Source: Nitrosopumilus sp. (lineage in GTDB: Archaea; Thermoproteota; Nitrososphaeria; Nitrososphaerales; Nitrosopumilaceae). Taken from it: a stretch of DNA of 64,000 nucleotides. Position 1 is the first letter of the stretch; each line of letters opens with the position of its first letter. A program made the translations under genes and the position numbers. Shown in pieces: positions 63,301-64,000 of the stretch. A model generated the notes under the pieces. That model did not search any database. It was not told where the DNA came from and saw nothing but the letters and a program-made list of their open reading frames with translations. The stretch lies in contig OY763927.2 of NCBI GenBank assembly GCA_963667665.2, positions 832,001 through 896,000 on the forward strand, written 5' to 3'.

Positions 63301-64000
63301 GCACGATGTTGTCGTTGACTGTTATTGCAGCCGAGCTGTCGCTGGCAGTGGGGGTGACTGTCACCTGGGTGACAGAGCTGTCCACGCTGGCAGTGTACGT
63401 GATGTCAGAGCTGGAAAACTGCGGGCTCAGCGTGCCAGAACTGATCGTCAGGCCGGCAAGGTCGGCGTTGTCGGAGAGGGTGGCGGCAGACACACTGACT
63501 TCCAGCATGCGCCAATTGTTTCCGTCCTCAAAGACGTTTGAACCCGAGGCAGTCACATTAACCATATAGGAGGACTTTGTCCCAACTGAAGTCATGTTTA
63601 TCTTGTTGCCGTTCACGATCTCAAAGAAGGCATAATCGTTGTCCCTGCTGATACCGTACGTCGGGTTGTGGTCATTGAGGTAGTCGTTCTGCGCGGAGAT
63701 CTCTGCCACCACCCCCGGCACGTCCGCCCTTGCAATCGAGGTGGCGTTTGCCACGACATACCAGTTCCCGAGGTTCTGGTTGAAGGAGAAGGTACTGATA
63801 AACATGTTGCCCATTTCACTTACCGAGGAGACGTCCCAGTCGTTGAGGGGTTGGTTGAAGACGGTGGCGAAAAAGAACATGCCAGACATGTCGGTGACAG
63901 ACGAGACATCCCAGGAGGAGAGGTCGCCGTTGAAGGATGAGGTGCTGGCGAACATGTATTCCATGTGGGTCACGCTCGAGACGTCCCAGGAGGAGAGGTT
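57392..64000 (-). CDS. Giant surface protein: DUF285/BspA-like repeats + 16 cadherin-like beta-sandwich repeats + C-terminal thaumarchaeal-type domain; split by indels and runs off the right edge
   Basis: FNGDLSSWDVSSVTDM..MF repeats; LSDNADL..LTISSGTLSPQFSS...TKTYTITLTRA units; C-terminal IPDWM...G.VTVDEF..ALQY; markedly higher GC than the flanking DNA. Confidence 0.85.
58690..63480 (-). repeat. ~300-bp tandem repeat x16 encoding cadherin-like domains
   Basis: 16 copies of the GTTGTC(A/G)GAGA anchor spaced about 300 bp apart. Confidence 0.95.

Noticed and set aside
58583-63569. Many plus-strand ORFs (MPLVT..., MTGAAGH...)
   Set aside because: Antisense shadows of the GC-rich repeat gene.

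Overview
AT-rich archaeal DNA whose gene content points to a marine ammonia-oxidising archaeon (Nitrosopumilaceae-like). The giant GC-rich DUF285/cadherin-like surface protein suggests a host-associated lineage (inference). Bases 1-29.9 kb are ordinary core genome: acs N-terminus, cdvA, thyX, msrB, P-II, hom, psmB, nnrD, trmI, argS, DRG GTPase, a collagen-like protein, a sulfur/thiamine cluster (rhodanese, sulfite reductase, thi4, trxB, cysteine synthase, tusA), cofE and serB. From 30 kb the window is a decaying accessory mosaic. It holds a PIN-like gene; a translationally coupled array of small membrane/secreted genes joined by a shared (A/G)TGAAAACTAGA junction; a HEPN gene facing a wHTH-nucleotidyltransferase-TFB-cyclin fusion; an atypical tyrosine integrase/HNH remnant; an IS6-like element with a nested left IR carrying a broken methyltransferase-endonuclease; and duplicated secreted-protein pairs. 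It also holds two cas-less CRISPR array pieces with an identical 36-bp repeat. These are interleaved with paralogous secreted protein + small membrane partner modules, and one abuts a Nop-domain (IS110/Tas-like) gene remnant. The window ends with an iteron-like repeat cluster and a surface protein with 16 near-identical ~300-bp cadherin-like repeats that runs off the right edge. No rRNA, tRNA or cas genes were seen. All family assignments come from motif recognition by eye, not database searches.
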